Below the pieces are notes generated by a model, which worked only from the letters and a program-made list of their open reading frames with translations, was not told the origin of the DNA and made no database searches. Of a stretch of DNA of 42,140 nt, positions 11,960 through 24,940 are shown piece after piece. The translations under genes and the position numbers were made by a program. The DNA lies in the NCBI RefSeq assembly GCF_001194135.2, contig NC_068984.1:112956957-112999096 (forward strand), in the 5' to 3' direction. This DNA comes from Octopus bimaculoides (taxonomy: Eukaryota). Every line of letters begins with the position of its first letter. Positions within the stretch are counted from its first letter, which is position 1.

Positions 11960-12390
11960 AATATTGCCTACCACCATCAGTTCTTTTTGCATATGATTGC
12001 CTTTACTTTGTGCTATGTCAGAAGATCGTCTGCCTTCATCCATTCCCTACCCATATGATTGTTTTTACGTTATGTAGAGTATGGATATCGTCTGTCAGCC
12101 ATCCTTTCTCAATCCAAACAACTGTCTTTGCGGTATATTATGTGAGAATGTCGTCTGCCTTTATCAATTCTCTATCCATATGATTATTTTTACGCTATGT
12201 TCACCTAGAATATCATCTGCCGCCACCCGTTCCCATTCCCAAATTATTGTTTTTACGTTATTTTATGTAACAATATGGTCTGCAGTCCGTTCCTTTACAC
12301 ATGCAATTCTTTTTACGTTGTGTAAGAATATTGTTGGCCACCATCAACTCTCCACCCTTTTATGGTTGCTTTTACGATTTTTTGTCATGC
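11960..12390. repeat. Degenerate tandem repeat, about 7 units of 55-63 bp
   Basis: TCGTCTG-like anchors at 12026, 12088, 12151, 12213, 12276 and 12331. TTTTACG anchors at 12062, 12187, 12250, 12310 and 12370. Confidence 0.8.
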
Positions 12391-12406
12391 CAAACATTCA
12401 ACTTAC

Positions 12407-12442
12407 CATCTTGTATTGACGTGCTACGAGTTTCTTTTCCAT
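12407..12442 (-). CDS. Candidate 36-nt symmetric micro-exon, unknown gene
   Basis: Acceptor CAATATTACAG and donor ATG|GTAAGT. Open in phase 0 (MEKKLVARQYKM) and phase 1 (GKETRSTSIQD). Confidence 0.35.
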
Positions 12443-12996
12443 CTGTAATATTGAGATTTCCATTTCAGAACCATAAATGATTGCTGGTGCTCAGCATTCG
12501 TTTAAAAAGTTTCTTTTCGGGAAAACTGGGAATTATTATTTCATAACACCAATTTGCATATTGCAGGAGGTTCAACTGAGGTGTTGAAGCACGCACCAGG
12601 CTTACTTGTTTGCATACGTCTCATTGTAGAGGTGAAAATACTTTGGAATTATTTATTTAATATTTCATTTATTTTGGAAGTAGCTGCAGTCAGCCAGTGA
12701 GCTGTTTTCTTCAAACAGTGGACACCTCTTGTTGTGCCAAAGTAGATTTTCCTACGTTTGAAGAAAACCATAGTGTTAGCTCTTATATGTCCAATAGCTC
12801 TGGTTTATTTATCTTCCATTCCTTCTTCACAATAGTCTGATTTTATTTTCGAATTCTGAAAGTACCTTCCTAAGTGGGGTTTCTGCCTGTCATCAGTTTT
12901 TCATTTCCTATAAACCGATTTCCCCTCAGCTTTATAGAAGCTTGGGTGCATAAAGTTTGGGTACTCTCTGCGTGCTAGATATCATTGATCAACCTT

Positions 12997-13497
12997 GTAT
13001 GTATGTATGTATGTATGTATGTATGTATGTATGTATGTACGCAAGTATGCATGCATTATGTATGTATGTATGTATGTATGTATGTATGTATGTATGTATG
13101 TATGTATGTACGTATGTGTGTATGTATGTATATATATATATATATATATATNNNNNNNNNNNNNNNNNNNNNNNNNNNNNNNNNNNNNNNNNNNNNNNNN
13201 NNNNNNNNNNNNNNNNNNNNNNNNNNNNNNNNNNNNNNNNNNNNNNNNNNNNNNNNNNNNNNNNNNNNNNNNNNNNNNNNNNNNNNNNNNNNNNNNNNNN
13301 NNNNNNNNNNNNNNNNNNNNNNNNNNNNNNNNNNNNNNNNNNNNNNNNNNNNNNNNNNNNNNNNNNNNNNNNNNNNNNNNNNNNNNNNNNNNNNNNNNNN
13401 NNNNNNNNNNNNNNNNNNNNNNNNNNNNNNNNNNNNNNNNNNNNNNNNNNNNNNNNNNNNNNNNNNNNNNNNNNNNNNNNNNNNNNNNNNNNNNNNN

Positions 13498-13577
<80 letters not shown>
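12997..13577. repeat. (TATG)n and (TA)n microsatellites flanking a 346-N gap
   Basis: Direct reading. Confidence 0.95.
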
Positions 13578-13581
<4 letters not shown>

Positions 13582-14398
13582 GCAATATACCTTGTATTTA
13601 TGATATGTAGTATGTTATATATGTACATGTGTATGTATGTATGTTTGTATGTATGTATGTAAATTACATATATTGTGTGTGTGCGTGTGTGTATAAGAGC
13701 ATCCTTCACAGATATAACTATTTTGTTTTCTAAGGTTACTGTTCCCCTTAGTAATGTGCAACAAGTGTTAATGGTTTACTTCTTGTTAACATCACTGGCT
13801 GTGAAAATTTTAAGTACAATGGTTAATCTTTCATAAACTGATCAAGAATGACAGATATGCTTGATCGAAGTTAGATCTACGCATTCAATCCGGTGAGGAG
13901 TTTAGACATGTATTTGCTAATATACCAACCACAACTTTGTTGTTTTTCAAGTCCATTAGACATGTTTCGTATTGACCTTTTTGAAGATTACATATATCAA
14001 AGAACATGAAAAATAGTTTACAGATGAATCAACTTTGAAATAAACATCGAATGACCTGTTGTTTGTGTTGGACAATCAAGTCACAGTGTATGATCGAAAT
14101 GCAGCAATTGTTTGGCTTACTTCAGGTTAAATATGATCTTAGATACATGAAACTGCGAGTGAACCCTTTTATGAAGCTACGGTTGGACTTGATGTTGAAA
14201 CGTTCATGCAAGGAGAATAAACAATAGTACATTTTATCTTCTAAGTTCAAGACTTGTGGAGTCTAAGCAACGTCGTCTTTAATCTCTCCGGCTCTATAAA
14301 ATGAAGTACTAGTTAAATACTGATGAGAGTAGATTCAATCGACTGACTTAATAATGACCAATCAGTGACGTTTAGAATTATTAAATGAAACACTGATA

Positions 14399-14938
14399 GG
14401 CGCAGGAGTGGCTGTGTAATAAGTAGCTTGCTTACCAATCACATGGTTCGGGGTTCAGTCCCACTGCGTGGCACCTTGGGCAAGTGTCTTCTACTATAGC
14501 CTCGGGCCGACCAAAGCCTTGTGACTGGATTTGGTAGACGGAAACTGAAAGAATCCCGTCGTATATATGTATATGTATATATANNNNNNNNNNNNNNNNN
14601 NNNNNNNNNNNNNNNNNNNNNNNNNNNNNNNNNNNNNNNNNNNNNNNNNNNNNNNNNNNNNNNNNNNNNNNNNNNNNNNNNNNNNNNNNNNNNNNNNNNT
14701 ATATATATATGTATGTGTGTTTGTGTGTTTGTGTTTGTCCCCCACCATCGCTTGACAGCCGATGTTGGTGTGTTTACATCCCCATAACTTAGCAGTTCGG
14801 CAAAAAGAGACCGATAGAATAAGTACTAGGCTTACAAAGAATAAGTCCTGGGGTTGAATTTCTCGACTAAAGGCGGTGCTCCAGCATGGCCGCAGTCAAA
14901 TGACTGACACAAGTAAAAGAGTAAAAGAGTAAAAGAGT
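14399..14938 (+). mobile_element. SINE family A, full length (internal microsatellite hidden by gap)
   Basis: GGCGCAGGAGTGGCTGTG head, GGGTTCAGTCCC B-box, CCTTGGGCAAGTG core, tail GGCGGTGCTCCAGCATGGCCGCAG...(GTAAAAGA)3. Confidence 0.95.
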
Positions 14939-15399
14939 TACGGAGGTAAATTAATATTAAATAATGCAATAAGCAATACGGAAAAAAAAAACATTTTGTT
15001 CAGTGTATTGTTGTTGCATATACAAACGAACAACCATGTAGCTCTTACTGCAACATCGTATGACATTACTGCTACATTATTGAGGCTGCGGTGCATTGAC
15101 CACGACGATTCAAATTATATCAACTATTCAAATTACCACAAACTCAACTTATAAAGTATTTGCACCTGTTCCCACAGGGTGTGTTTTCTGATGCTTGCTT
15201 CATTGTTTCATAACGAATCACCTATGAGTCACTTTCATCTTTTTAAAGCACTCGATGGAGAAATGTGGTGATTAATGTTTATTTGGGAGCAAATTTCCTA
15301 TTCTTAATAGTGATAATCTCAACGTTAAAGAAACATCCTATGGTATTTTGTTCGCCAATCCAACGATTCTACTTATCCCTCACCTATTTTCTTGTTTCT

Positions 15400-16064
15400 G
15401 AATTGGGCACTTAGCATTTTTGAGAGGACGGTGTCAGCTGATTAAATAGACCTAAGAGCTTCATAAGTACATTACTTTATCGATCCTGAAGGGATGAATT
15501 ATATATTTGACCCAGCCGAGATTTCAATTCATTACATAATGAGCTAGAAGAAATAACGCAATGCATTTTTCCCGGCGCTGTAATAATTCTTGCAATCTGC
15601 CAGCCTCAATAATCTTTTTACTATAGGAACGAGGTCAGATATTTTGGGAGAGGAGGCTAGTCTACCATATCGATCCCAGTGTTCGGCTGGTACTTATTTT
15701 ATCGACTCAGAAAGAATAAAAGGCAAAGTCAACCTCGGCGTAATTTGAAATCAGAACGTAAAGACGGAAGAAATGCTGCTAAGCATTTTGTCCGGCGTGC
15801 TAATGATTCTGCCAGCTCATCACTTTTACCAGTCTCCATAATAACGGTTTCAAACTTCGGCACAAAGCTAGCAGTTCCTGGGAAGGGGCCAAGTCGATTA
15901 CATCGATACTTTTGCTCAGCTGGTACTTATTTTATCGAGTCCGAAAACATGAAATGCGAAGTCGGAATTGAACTCAGAACACAAAGACAGACAAAATGGC
16001 GCTGAATGTTTTACCCGGTGTGCTAACGAGTCTGCAAGCCCACTGCCTTCCCAGCCTCAATAAT
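15400..16064 (-). mobile_element. Tandem array of three family B SINEs
   Basis: Monomers at about 15400-15599, 15614-15828 and 15843-16050, separated by CCAG(C/T)CTC(A/C)ATAAT at 15600, 15829 and 16051. Confidence 0.85.
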
Positions 16065-16462
16065 AACAATTATAATAACTGTTTCCAATGATATTTTTAC
16101 TCCTAAATCAGTGATAACGATGTCAGGCATGTAAGTATTGTTCATATCATTGTCACGAATTTAATGTTTTACGCGTATAGAGTGACTAAAAGGACATTTT
16201 GAATACTAAATAGGAAAGTTACGGACTGCTTGTAAGGTTCAATATCAGTTTTGACTTTCTAATTGATTGCTACGTACCTACGTACCTAAATATGCGCATG
16301 CACACACTCACACACTCATACACACACATATGCATAGATACATAATTATATAGGTATATATATGCATATATGTAAATGGTGTATATGTATATATATATAC
16401 AAATATATAAACATATATATATATATGTGTATACACACACACACACACACACACATACACAC

Positions 16463-16493
<31 letters not shown>

Positions 16494-16909
16494 TATAAAT
16501 ATATAAGCGTGTATGTAAATAAGTAATGTGATGTATGTACACATATACACAAATACAAACGGCTAGAAACAGCAAAATGACATCTCAGCATATACATTGA
16601 AATATATATCATTCATACTAACATACGGATTAATTACTTATATATATATATTCACCACACACGCGCGCACACCGACACACTCAGACACTGTTATATGTGT
16701 ACGTGTTTATCAGCGGTGTGCGTGCGTGCGTGCGTGCGCGTGTCTATGTGTATATGTGTGTGTCTATGTGTTTGTGTGTATACGTATATACACACATGAA
16801 ATATATGCCAACTCAACAAAACGTTTGAATTACATATACTTTTACGTCCACCCATGTCGACAGAAGAAGACTACTATTACTACTTATATTATTACTGCTG
16901 CTGCTGATG

Positions 16910-16961
<52 letters not shown>
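16910..16961. repeat. (CTA)n microsatellite
   Basis: Direct reading. Confidence 0.95.
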
Positions 16962-17639
16962 ACCCCCTTTCCCATTTCAAATGTTCAATAACAACATACA
17001 TTTAATCACTTATGCTTTTGCCAAAGTTTTATGGTTGTTTATTTATTTACCTATCTCCTGATATCATTTTTCTCTTTTCCTGCCTCTCTTTCAACGGAAA
17101 TCTGGCAATAAAATAAAAGAGAACTAATATTTTCTTCTAGTATTATTGATGTTACATTGTTTTTGCTCTTTATTTTAACGATTTCGCCTTCATTCCTTCT
17201 TTTCCTCTCTCCATTATTATTCGTTTATATTGACCATATGTTACATTATCTTTCTCTTCAAATGAAAGCCTAGGCTTGATAAAGTAAATCGTTTTCCGCA
17301 AAATATACTTTATTTGCGACTAGGATAAAGTGTAATTTGAAGATAACATACATTTTAGATATCGTCTGCATCCAATACATGATGTATTAAATTGTTTTAC
17401 GAATCCACACGAAAATTATGTTCTGCTCTTGTGCAACATCAACACCCGCCTCTCTTTCCACGGCCTTCATTTAATTTATCTGATCGACTCTTTATATGTC
17501 AACTACGTCTGCTAAATGTGATCGGATGTTTTCGTCCGTGTACGAGATATTGGAGACTGGAACACCGTGGTTCGTATGGTGATGTCGGAGTAGGGGAATC
17601 GTAGGACCTAGACAGACCTGCCGAAACAGCAAGCGATGC

Positions 17640-17870
17640 CCAGCTGAATCTGGGCAAGCACTATGTGGTTGCTTCATCTGCTAAAAATAGCAATTTAATC
17701 GCCATCAAATCACATCATAACATCTTGAAATGAAGTATATCGGATTCAATAATGCTGTTCAGGACAGATTATGGACGAAAACAGTGGGAATAGTCATGGC
17801 TGGTATCCATGGCGTTTAATCAAATCGTTGCACTCGATCAGAGCCGGCTTAAATCGGAATGACAAAAATA
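17640..17870 (+). mobile_element. Interspersed repeat family E
   Basis: AAAAATAGCA..CAAATCACA..CATCTTGAA..GGGAATAGTCATGGCTGG is shared with the other E copies. Confidence 0.5.
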
Positions 17871-18120
17871 ATGAACTTTGTCTTACTACTGAAATAACAT
17901 ATTGTTGATTTCATTGTTGTTATTATTGTTGTTGCTTTAGTGTTTTTGTTTGTCCTAATCAGTTTGCTTTGGTTTCGTTTTGTTTATTTTCTAGGCTATT
18001 GAACAATAAGTGTCGATAAGGTAGTCCGTATAGAACTTGTAGCCTAGTGGTTGTTCTTGCATATAACCTTGCATCAGTGTATGTGTTCATTATCATAAAT
18101 TAAATATCTATGGACTGAGA

Positions 18121-18545
18121 CATATGTGCTGGTTATTACGAGCCTTAAATGTATGTGCTGGCTAATTCGAACCATCAATATATATGCTGACGGTTACGAA
18201 GCATTAATGTATGTGCTGGTCATCATGTACCATTAATGTATGTGCTGGTTATCGTGTACCATTAACGTATATGTTGGTTATCGTGTACCATTAATGTACG
18301 TGTTGGTTATAGGGAATTATTAATGTATATGTTAATTATCACTCACCATTAATGTATGTGCTGGTTATCGTGTACCATTAATGTACGTGTTGGTTATAGG
18401 AAATTATTAATGTATATGTTAATTATCACTGACCATTAATGTATGCGCTGGTTATCACGAGCCATTAACGTATGTGCTGATTACCACTAACCATTAATGT
18501 ATGTGTTGATTATCCGGAACCATTAATGTATGCACTGCCCATCGG
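18121..18545. repeat. 29-bp minisatellite (about 14 units) with an 87-bp higher-order repeat
   Basis: Unit CCATTAATGTATGTGCTGGTTATCGTGTA. A 3-unit block at 18281 recurs at 18368. Confidence 0.92.
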
Positions 18546-18640
18546 AAGCCATTAAAGCACCTACTGGGATGTATGTGCTGGCTATCATGAACTATTACTC
18601 TACGTATTTGGATGTATGTGCAGGTCATTGTGGACTATTA

Positions 18641-18644
<4 letters not shown>

Positions 18645-18703
<59 letters not shown>

Positions 18704-18711
18704 TCTCTATT

Positions 18712-18750
<39 letters not shown>

Positions 18751-18815
18751 CTATTTATCTATCTATTTATCCATCTATATGTGTCTGTCTATCTGTCTAT
18801 TTATCTATCTATCCC
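18645..18815. repeat. (CT)n then (CTAT)n microsatellites
   Basis: Direct reading. Confidence 0.9.
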
Positions 18816-19388
18816 TATTTCTATCTATCTGTGTGTGTGTCGGTGTCTGTGTGTGTGTGAGCGCGCATAACATGAAAATTCATTACAAGTTGCTGTGTTT
18901 CTATCAGGCAACAGTTTTCAATGTTCTACAATTCTTTAGTTCTTAGTGGCTACAAGAAACAAGACAAGCCCTTCAGAATGACAAGTCCACAGTGCCTGTC
19001 TTGCCTCAAGACAATCGAAATGTGTACAATAACGTGAATTTTGGAGGATTCTAGTTCTTTGATATTATCTCCCATTCTCATTTAAACCAGGGCACATTAG
19101 CTCACTCTGTGTGTGCGTCTACAGCGTTTCATTACTCATTGACTGCTACCAAGTCTAGCTAACATAACCACCCATTCTGCACATCTTACGCTCTCACAGT
19201 GCTTTTCTCCTTCTCCCCCTCTCTTTTTACGGTGGAAAGTGCGATCGCAAAACAAACCAGCCAACCAACCAACCAGCACTCACCTCGACTATCATTATAT
19301 AAAAACGCGAGCAAATGTATGTGTATGCGTGTATGTCTCTGTATCTCTGTGTGTAAATGTGTGCGCGTGCGCATGCATGCGTACTTAC

Positions 19389-19470
19389 TCAAGCATTTGA
19401 GCGCTTAGGCGAAGTATTGTCCTGCTGTTGATCGCAGTTTAAACGCTTATGTAATCTTTGACGCGTTATG
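19389..19470 (-). other. Candidate 82-nt exon
   Basis: Acceptor GTCTTTTCTCTACAG and donor TGA|GTAAGT. The only open frame (ITRQRLHKRLNCDQQQDNTSPKRSNA*) stops exactly at the donor. Confidence 0.3.
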
Positions 19471-20233
19471 CTGTAGAGAAAAGACATTCCAAATTAATTT
19501 TCAACGTATTTTCAGTAGTAATAAACACATACTAGTTTAGTTCATTGGTTGTTGTTATTACATTGTTTGTTTATTTTAAAGCCTTTCCTTGTTTATACCA
19601 AAGGACACTACGTATATATATATATATATNNNNNNNNNNNNNNNNNNNNNNNNNNNNNNNNNNNNNNNNNNNNNNNNNNNNNNNNNNNNNNNNNNNNNNN
19701 NNNNNNNNNNNNNNNNNNNNNNNNNNNNNNNNNNNNNNNNNNNNNNNNNNNNNNNNNNNNNNNNNNNNNNNNNNNNNNNNNNNNNNNNNNNNNNNNNNNN
19801 NNNNNNNNNNNNNNNNNNNNNNNNNNNNNNNNNNNNNNNNNNNNNNNNNNNNNNNNNNNNNNNNNNNNNNNNNNNNNNNNNNNNNNNNNNNNNNNNNNNN
19901 NNNNNNNNNNNNNNNNNNNNNNNNNNNNNNNNNNNNNNNNNNNNNNNNNNNNNNNNNNNNNNNNNNNNNNNNNNNNNNNNNNNNNNNNNNNNNNNNNNNN
20001 NNNNNNNNNNNNNNNNNNNNNNNNNNNNNNNNNNNNNNNNNNNNNNNNNNNNNNNNNNNNNNNNNNNNNNNNNNNNNNNNNNNNNNNNNNNNNNNNNNNN
20101 NNNNNNNNNNNNNNNNNNNNNNNNNNNNNNNNNNNNNNNNNNNNNNNNNNNNNNNNNNNNNNNNNNNNNNNNNNNNNNNNNNNNNNNNNNNNNNNNNNNN
20201 NNNNNNNNNNNNNNNNNNNNNNNNNNNNNNNNN

Positions 20234-20309
<76 letters not shown>

Positions 20310-20325
20310 GGGTTCTGTGTGTATT

Positions 20326-20360
<35 letters not shown>

Positions 20361-20901
20361 TAGAGAGAGAGGAACGCACACACGCCCATTTATATATCTA
20401 AACCAACATACACATATATTCCTTGTTTGTGTATATGTGCATATATTTTACACGCTTCGGTAATCAATTTATCAAATGAATTCGAGAAATAAAAGCCGAA
20501 AATCAATGAAGATGTAAGAAACCTTTTTCCCTTGTACACTTCTGCATCAAAATCATTGTTGTCATCGTTATTATCGTCCATATAATGAACTACAACTGTG
20601 ACAGGATGGTGGATGTTGTTGACGAAGCAGGCGAAGACGATGCAGTCTTTTCTTTTTGGTCTCTGCAACTGGCTTTATTAATTCTTTTTATTGAATATTA
20701 CGCAAGTCTTTTTTTATGTGAAAATGGTCTGACAGAAGCCTCATACACACATATAGGTACATATGCATGTATACAATACACACATATATACTGATGTATA
20801 AATATACGCATACGTGCAAAGAGACAGAAATATGTGTATAGAGTGGTGGGTATGTATACATCGAGCCTGTCATATTCGCATAAACAAATAGAGAAATGTA
20901 A

Positions 20902-21006
<105 letters not shown>

Positions 21007-21279
21007 TATTTGTGCGTGAATGTAAATATGTGTGAGATATAGACAGATAGATAGGCTACAATTAAATATCTAGATATATATGTGAATAGAAGGATAGATA
21101 GATAGATAGAGAGAGGGAGAGAGAGAGAGAGAGAGAGAGAGACGAACAGAGAGACGAAGGCATAGACAGACATGAAAACAACACAGACAGATATCTGTGC
21201 GAACAGAACGTGAGATAGATAGACAAGCGAACAGAAGAACAAACAGATTGGTACACAAATAGTCAGACAGTCAACTAGG

Positions 21280-21282
<3 letters not shown>

Positions 21283-21354
<72 letters not shown>

Positions 21355-21462
21355 CCAGGTAGACATATAGACAGACAACCAGGTAGATAGACAACCCGAC
21401 AAACAAATAGACAGAATAGATTAGACAGACAGACAGACAGGCAGAGAGAGAGAGAGACAGAC

Positions 21463-21526
<64 letters not shown>
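21283..21526. repeat. (GACA)n and (GATA)n microsatellites
   Basis: Direct reading. Confidence 0.95.
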
Positions 21527-22172
21527 CTATTGCTAAGATGATATCAGTAGAAAAACTGCCGAGGCAATTCTAGATGATTTCGCTTGGTGGAGAGAGAGAA
21601 TAATGATTTGACANNNNNNNNNNNNNNNNNNNNNNNNNNNNNNNNNNNNNNNNNNNNNNNNNNNNNNNNNNNNNNNNNNNNNNNNNNNNNNNNNNNNNNN
21701 NNNNNNNNNNNNNNNNNNNNNNNNNNNNNNNNNNNNNNNNNNNNNNNNNNNNNNNNNNNNNNNNNNNNNNNNNNNNNNNNNNNNNNNNNNNNNNNNNNNN
21801 NNNNNNNNNNNNNNNNNNNNNNNNNNNNNNNNNNNNNNNNNNNNNNNNNNNNNNNNNNNNNNNNNNNNNNNNNNNNNNNNNNNNNNNNNNNNNNNNNNNN
21901 NNNNNNNNNNNNNNNNNNNNNNNNNNNNNNNNNNNNNNNNNNNNNNNNNNNNNNNNNNNNNNNNNNNNNNNNNNNNNNNNNNNNNNNNNNNNNNNNNNNN
22001 NNNNNNNNNNNNNNNNNNNNNNNNNNNNNNNNNNNNACACACACGCACTCGAAGCAAAAGGGTAAAACAAAAGCATGCAAGCAGGTTGTGTTGTGATGCG
22101 GATAATGAATGAGTATTTCAATACTAAACTTTTGGTAAAATGAACAAAAGGAAATATAAATTCAAACATTAC

Positions 22173-22228
22173 CGTTTCCTCTTTTGAAATACTGGGCGAT
22201 ATGTCATAAGACTCAGGTATTAAACGAA
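22173..22228 (-). CDS. Candidate 56-nt coding exon, unknown gene
   Basis: Acceptor TATTTCTTCCATAG and donor ACG|GTAATG. Single open frame xRLIPESYDISPSISKEET (phase 1 to 0). Confidence 0.4.
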
Positions 22229-23382
22229 CTATGGAAGAAATAGGCTTTTTTTTTGTTTGTTTGTTTTTAATTTTCATTTAGTGATTTGCAAAACTTTTTT
22301 ATTGTTTTGTAATTTTCCTTTTCGAGGCTAAAGAAACGTGTTTATATTGTCGTCAGTTTTCTTTTATTTGTTTTAATTTTATAATAAAATATTTCATAAT
22401 ATTATTAAAGTTTCATAATGGATATAAAACTTATATCTACTATATAATTAAGACTTTCAGTAGATTTTTGCTTTCTTCTTTAAGATGTTATACAGTGCGA
22501 CATAAAAACTTCTCACTTTTGTTGTTTCCATGCATATTAGCTTCTGAAGTTAGAGAGATGGTAATGGTGTCTTCATGAAGCAAATATCTTGCTGTTTCGT
22601 TTTTTCAGTTACCATCCTAGTGTGAGCTGGTGTAAAGTCTTTAAGTTACTCCGGTTTCAAGTCGCCTCCTAGTACTCAGAAATCGATTTTAAATTACCCC
22701 CGTGAGTAGCCTAAAAACGATTTCAAATTAGCCGTGCACTATTTACATCACCCGCTTTCCGATTTCGCAAAAAAAACTATAAATCCTAACGCCAGAAACA
22801 CGTTGCAAGCTACTTTTAAAATGTAAAAATGAAAATAATCCTGGATTTTTAAACATCCCTTAACAATTTTATGATACCTTTAAAAAAAAAAAAGGTAGTC
22901 ATTATTGATTCTCGGCGCATCAGAGATTCTGAGTGTGCTAGTTAAAAAAAAAAATGAACATAGTGTTTTGTCTTCTTGTGAGAATCTGATTTGGACTTGA
23001 TAATTTACAACCGCAGTACTTGCTTTTCTTCATAAATATGCTTCGTTTGTATTTGAAATGCGTAAATATATTTTTCGCTTGTATTTGGAAGTATCAGTTT
23101 GTTTTACTTACTGATGATTCAAAGCTGTTATTTCAGTTCGAATTTATTAAAGATAAAAATGTGATTACGAATAAACTTATACATTTCAAATACGATAAAA
23201 AATATACAAAATATATTTATGCACATACACTTGAAATACAAATGAAATATATTTATATGCGAAACAATATAAACACACATGAACCTAACGCGTACACATG
23301 GAGAACATACATACATTAATGGTTTCGGGAATTATCTCCATTGACAGATACCCAACAATTTTTCTGATGGTATTTATAAATT

Positions 23383-23762
23383 ATTACCTCTGCCTTAGCG
23401 AAGGCGGAAGTATTGTTTTCATCCGTGCTTGTTTGTTTGTTTGTTTGTTTGTCCGTGGACAAGATATCTCAAGAACTATTCGATGGATTCAGATGAAACA
23501 TTCAGGGATGTTTTGCCTCGTGACTGGCACAAACTGATTAGATTTGGGGATCGGATCGGTCCGGTACCGGACAAGGATTCTAGATTATCTTTCCTGTTTT
23601 TTTTTTTACTTAATTTTTTTGAGAGCAGGCGGGTTCATTTTTAGTATTCTCGTTTGTGAGAGGAAGTCAGTTATTCTCATTTAAAAACTTATCTCTGGCT
23701 AATCGTTGAGAGGACGTTCCTGTTGCCTTGGCAGAAGTTTGCGCTCTCTCAGTGCTCTTGTT
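23383..23762 (+). mobile_element. Non-autonomous Helentron-type element (HINE/DINE-like)
   Basis: 5' TTACCTCTGCCTT-AGCG-AAGGCGGAAGT hairpin, then (GTTT)n. 3' subterminal repeat GGCAGAAGT, a short GCGCTCTCTCAGTGC stem and TT flanks. Confidence 0.7.
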
Positions 23763-23779
23763 ATTGGCTGCTATTATAG

Positions 23780-24245
23780 GTTACAGGAAAAACATAATTG
23801 CGACTCTACTCTCTGGAACGAAGACAAGAGAGATATGCAGTGATATACGTATGGAAGATCTTGGAGGGGTTAAAACCAAACTCTGGGATCGAAAGCTATA
23901 CCTGCACCCGAATTGGACGTCACTACACCGTTTCAAAGGTCCCAGCTATCCGGTCTAGTGTGAGGAGTGCGGCTACTAAATATTTTGCCATAACATCTGA
24001 GAAATCTACAAGGACTAATGGTAGATGCTTTCAAGAAACAATTTGATCATCTGTTGTCCAAGGTCCCAGGCGAGCTTATATCACTTCAATAAACTCAAAA
24101 GAGGACAGCAATATCGAACTCCAACCTTCACCAAAAGCTAGTCACAAAAGCCAATTACCTTGGAAAGGTGATAACACTAGCGGTGCCCCAGCATGACCAC
24201 AGCCTTTGGGTTGAAATACATGAAAGAATAATAACAAAATAAAAG
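23780..24245 (+). mobile_element. CR1-clade LINE, ORF2 C-terminus and 3' UTR
   Basis: LRLYSLERRQERYAVIYVWKILEGLKPNSGIESY, then after a deletion DAFKKQFDHLLSKVP. 3' tail GCGGTGCCCCAGCATGACCACAG...TGAAA. Confidence 0.9.
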
Positions 24246-24249
24246 AATT

Positions 24250-24395
24250 ATAATCCTTTCTACTATAGGCACTTCTGCTAAGGCTTGAAATTTGGAAGTA
24301 GGGGACTAATTGATTACATCGACGCCAGTACGCAACTAGTCCTTAATTTATCGACCCCGAAAGGATGAAAAGCAAAGTCGACCTCGGCGGAATCT
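24250..24395 (-). mobile_element. SINE family B2, 5'-truncated
   Basis: AATCCTTTCTACTATAGGCAC...GTCGACCTCGGCGGAAT. Confidence 0.85.
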
Positions 24396-24644
24396 GCAGA
24401 ATAAAGGAATTATGATGATAATGAAAATAATTCTTTACTTGGTACCAGGGTGATGAACATTTGGGGAAGGATCTGAGGGCGGGATAATTTGAAATCATAA
24501 TGGGTTGGATGAAATCGATTCCATATTACCTCGCGAGTAATTTACAATAAAGACACTCAAGGGTACACTACTGTTAAATTTACATACCGAAACCAGCAAA
24601 GGGGTGGAATATGAACGGGATTTATCGAAATTAATTATATGAAA

Positions 24645-24815
24645 CTGTTTTTGTTTGGTTCAAGGTCACATGTATCGAACAAATTCATAAAAGGCATTCC
24701 ATAAATGATCATCCCATTTTTAGAGTTATTTAACTCTACATTATCTAATGTGTCTGCTTCAGGACGGTAAGAAGTGATTTGAAGATGGCTGGCTCTATTT
24801 CTAATTGTTGAAACC
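24645..24815 (-). mobile_element. Interspersed repeat family E
   Basis: Reverse complement AGAAATAGAGCC..TTCAAATCAC..CTTACCGTCCTGAA..GGGATGATCAT..GGAATGCCTTT..AAACAAAAAC. Confidence 0.55.
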
Positions 24816-24940
24816 ACCGCTTATGCTTTTCTTCTCATATTACCAAATTTAGTGCTTTGTCATTCTATAGCAGCCATGTTATCTATCATGGGTAGAATCT
24901 TGATTAAAAATATCTTTGACATTACTATATTAGAAAATAA

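Noticed and set aside
18121-18545. CRISPR-like repeat/spacer pattern
   Set aside because: The variable part is only about 11 bp and is related between units; the context is eukaryotic with no cas genes. It is a minisatellite.
20515-20668. Exon linking the 22173 and 19389 candidates (phases fit)
   Set aside because: Poor pyrimidine tract, weak GTTTCT donor and an unrecognisable product.
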